Below, one piece after another: positions 30,873 to 32,670 of a stretch of 32,670 nucleotides of DNA (position 1 is its first letter; the number at the start of each line of letters is the position of its first letter). The stretch is from Elusimicrobiota bacterium (lineage in GTDB: Bacteria; Elusimicrobiota; Elusimicrobia; Elusimicrobiales; UBA9959), in NCBI GenBank assembly GCA_022703115.1, contig JAKLEK010000003.1, positions 1 through 32,670 on the forward strand, in the 5' to 3' direction. The notes beneath the pieces are model-generated. The model worked only from the letters and a program-made list of their open reading frames with translations, did no database searches and was not told the origin of the DNA. Position numbers and translations under genes: made by a program.

Positions 30873-31964
30873 ATGGCCATAGACCTGAAAACGCTGCTCA
30901 AAGCCATGGTGGACCACAAGGCCAGCGATACGCACATAAGGGGCGGGGCCCCGGTCTTCCTGCGCATAAACGGCGTAGTCAACCAGATCAACGGCTCCAT
31001 GATGACCCCGAAAGAAGTGGAGGACATGATCTTCCCTCTGCTCAATCCGAGGCTCAAGGCGATCTTCGAAGAGAAGCACGACGTGGATTTTTCCGTGGAC
31101 GGAGACGCTTCGATAGGCCGGTTCCGTTTCAACGTCTACCTGCAGAAGACCAAGATCTGCGTCGCCATCCGCCACATACCGGCCAGGATCCCCTCCTTCG
31201 AGGACCTGAAACTGCCGGTCGAGTCCATCAAGAAGCTGCTGCATAACGAGCGCGGCCTTATACTGGTCACCGGCATCACCGGTTCCGGCAAGACGTCCAC
31301 GCTGGCGGCCATGGTCGAACATCTGAACAACCAGTGGGCCGGACATATCATAACCATAGAGGACCCGATCGAGTTCGTTTTCGAGAACAAGAAAAGCATA
31401 GTAAGCCAGCGCGAGATAGGGACCGACACCCTGACCTTCGTGGAGGCGCTCCGCGGGGCGATGCGCCAGGACCCGGACGTGATACTGGTCGGAGAAATGC
31501 GCGACCTGGAAACGACCCAGGCCGCCATCACCGCGGCCGAGACGGGCCACCTGGTGCTCGGAACGATGCATACGGTCAACGCCGTGCAGACGATCTCGCG
31601 CATAGTGGACCTGTTCCCGCCCCACCAGCAGGCCCAGGTGCGCATCCAGCTTTCCGAGGCCCTGAAGGGCATAGTTTCGCAGAGGCTGCTGCCCTGCACC
31701 AACGGCGGGCGCATCCCCGCCGTGGAGGTGCTGGCCGGGACCGCGCACATCAGGAAGATGATAGCCGAGAACAACACCGAGGCCGTGAACCAGGCCATAG
31801 CGAAGGGCGAATTCTACGGCATGCAGTCGTTCAACCAGTCCCTGGTGAGGATACATAAACAGGGTCTGGCCAAGCTGGACGATATCATACAGGCGGCCTC
31901 CAACCCGGACGACGTGCTGCTGGCTATAAAGGGGATAGAGCAGGAGATAGAACTTAAGAAATAG
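30873..31964 (+). CDS. pilT: Type IV pilus retraction ATPase PilT family
   Basis: The protein has Walker A (GITGSGKTSTLAAM), the Asp box (TIEDPIEF), Walker B (DVILVGEMRD), the His box (TGHLVLGTMHT) and an AIRNLIRE-like motif (HIRKMIAE). Confidence 0.9.
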   Translation: MAIDLKTLLKAMVDHKASDTHIRGGAPVFLRINGVVNQINGSMMTPKEVEDMIFPLLNPRLKAIFEEKHDVDFSVDGDASIGRFRFNVYLQKTKICVAIRHIPARIPSFEDLKLPVESIKKLLHNERGLILVTGITGSGKTSTLAAMVEHLNNQWAGHIITIEDPIEFVFENKKSIVSQREIGTDTLTFVEALRGAMRQDPDVILVGEMRDLETTQAAITAAETGHLVLGTMHTVNAVQTISRIVDLFPPHQQAQVRIQLSEALKGIVSQRLLPCTNGGRIPAVEVLAGTAHIRKMIAENNTEAVNQAIAKGEFYGMQSFNQSLVRIHKQGLAKLDDIIQAASNPDDVLLAIKGIEQEIELKK

Positions 31965-32008
31965 CCGTTCCCCCGAAAGGGAAATGACGGATTAAAGGGG
32001 AGATCAAC

Positions 32009-32670
32009 ATGTTCGCGGAAGGATATATCGGGGTCGCCGGGCTTATCGGGGTCGGGAAATCCACTCTTACCATGGACCTTGCCAAGGCGCTCAACTTCGA
32101 GCCGGTCCTGGAAGAGGTGGGAGGCAACCCTTACCTGGAGAATTTCTACGGCGACATGAAAAGATACGGGACCATAATGCAGATATGGCTCCTGAACCAC
32201 CGGTTCCGCCAGCACAGGGAGTTCGTCTCGAGGATCAGCCTCGGGAAGATACGCGGAGTGGTGCAGGACAGGACCATCTGGGAAGATACCATATTCGCCC
32301 GTATGCTCAACCAGCATCCCGACAAGATCATAAGCGACATGGATTACAACACCTACCTGGACCTTTTCGACAACATGGTCCTGCGCGAACTGGTCTTCCC
32401 TCAGCTGATGATCTTCCTGGACTGCAGGGTGGAGACGGCCCTCGACCGGATAAACTCCAGGGGCCGGAACATGGAAAAGGCGATCGAAGCGGACTACCTG
32501 AAGAGCCTGCAGGAGAACTATTACCAGTTCATAGAGGAGATGGAGGGGGCCGGTGTAAGGATACTGCGTCTGAACTGGGAGAATTTCCAGCCGATAAGCG
32601 AAGTGGTGCGCCTGGTGAACGAGTATTCGCTGAAACCCTCCAATTTCACCAAGTGGGTCCGTCCGCTCAG
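32009..32670 (+). CDS. Deoxynucleoside kinase family protein, 3'-truncated by the window end (absent from the ORF track because no stop is reached)
   Basis: My own translation from ATG 32009 (AAGGGGAG upstream) gives MFAEGYIGVAGLIGVGKSTL (P-loop), then DRTIWEDTIFA and RINSRGRNMEK, the dNK/dCK/dGK family motifs. The frame stays open to 32670. Confidence 0.8.
   Translation, partial: MFAEGYIGVAGLIGVGKSTLTMDLAKALNFEPVLEEVGGNPYLENFYGDMKRYGTIMQIWLLNHRFRQHREFVSRISLGKIRGVVQDRTIWEDTIFARMLNQHPDKIISDMDYNTYLDLFDNMVLRELVFPQLMIFLDCRVETALDRINSRGRNMEKAIEADYLKSLQENYYQFIEEMEGAGVRILRLNWENFQPISEVVRLVNEYSLKPSNFTKWVRPL

Noticed and set aside
1-32670. A CRISPR array, prophage, transposon, toxin-antitoxin or defence island.
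   Set aside because: No regularly spaced direct repeats were found. No integrase, transposase, RT, nuclease-helicase or phage structural genes are recognisable in any of the six frames. Gene content is overwhelmingly core housekeeping.

Overview
This is a visibly GC-rich bacterial chromosomal segment. The type IV pilin N-terminus and the diderm gene content resemble Elusimicrobiota-like organisms, but that taxon call is inference only. I can support about 28 protein genes and 2 tRNAs, nearly all housekeeping. In window order they are: a purH-like gene; kbl; a DUF4912-like gene coupled to a GH57 branching enzyme; a minus-strand string of phosphohexomutase, eno, ftsB, MBL hydrolase, lgt and rluD; a TlpA::TIGR03435 fusion lipoprotein coupled to a NYN/YacP gene; a minus-strand RND efflux operon; an L,D-transpeptidase-like lipoprotein; tRNA-Leu(TAA); psd-pssA; tmk-holB; a 745-aa coiled-coil protein; a Cys-rich type IV pilin; tRNA-Lys(TTT); ftsQ-ftsA-ftsZ-pilT; and a partial deoxynucleoside kinase. 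I see no CRISPR array, transposase, integrase, reverse transcriptase, or recognisable defence or toxin genes. The best candidate for something non-canonical is the efflux operon (12504..19026). It has a TetR regulator fused in frame to the TolC channel through a signal-peptide-like segment, an adaptor lacking the alpha-helical hairpin, a DJ-1/PfpI tail gene, and a consensus promoter overlapped by a 24-bp palindrome. The second area of interest is non-coding DNA. It includes a 161-bp element with perfect 17-bp terminal inverted repeats, and a ~600-bp gene-free, highly structured region upstream of tRNA-Leu. It also includes a 47-nt repeat shared between that region and the window start, and a 19-bp duplication of the tRNA-Leu 3' end. 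Several enzymes (the PurH-like protein and the phosphohexomutase) have eroded signature motifs. All functional calls come from reading motifs by eye. No database search was possible.
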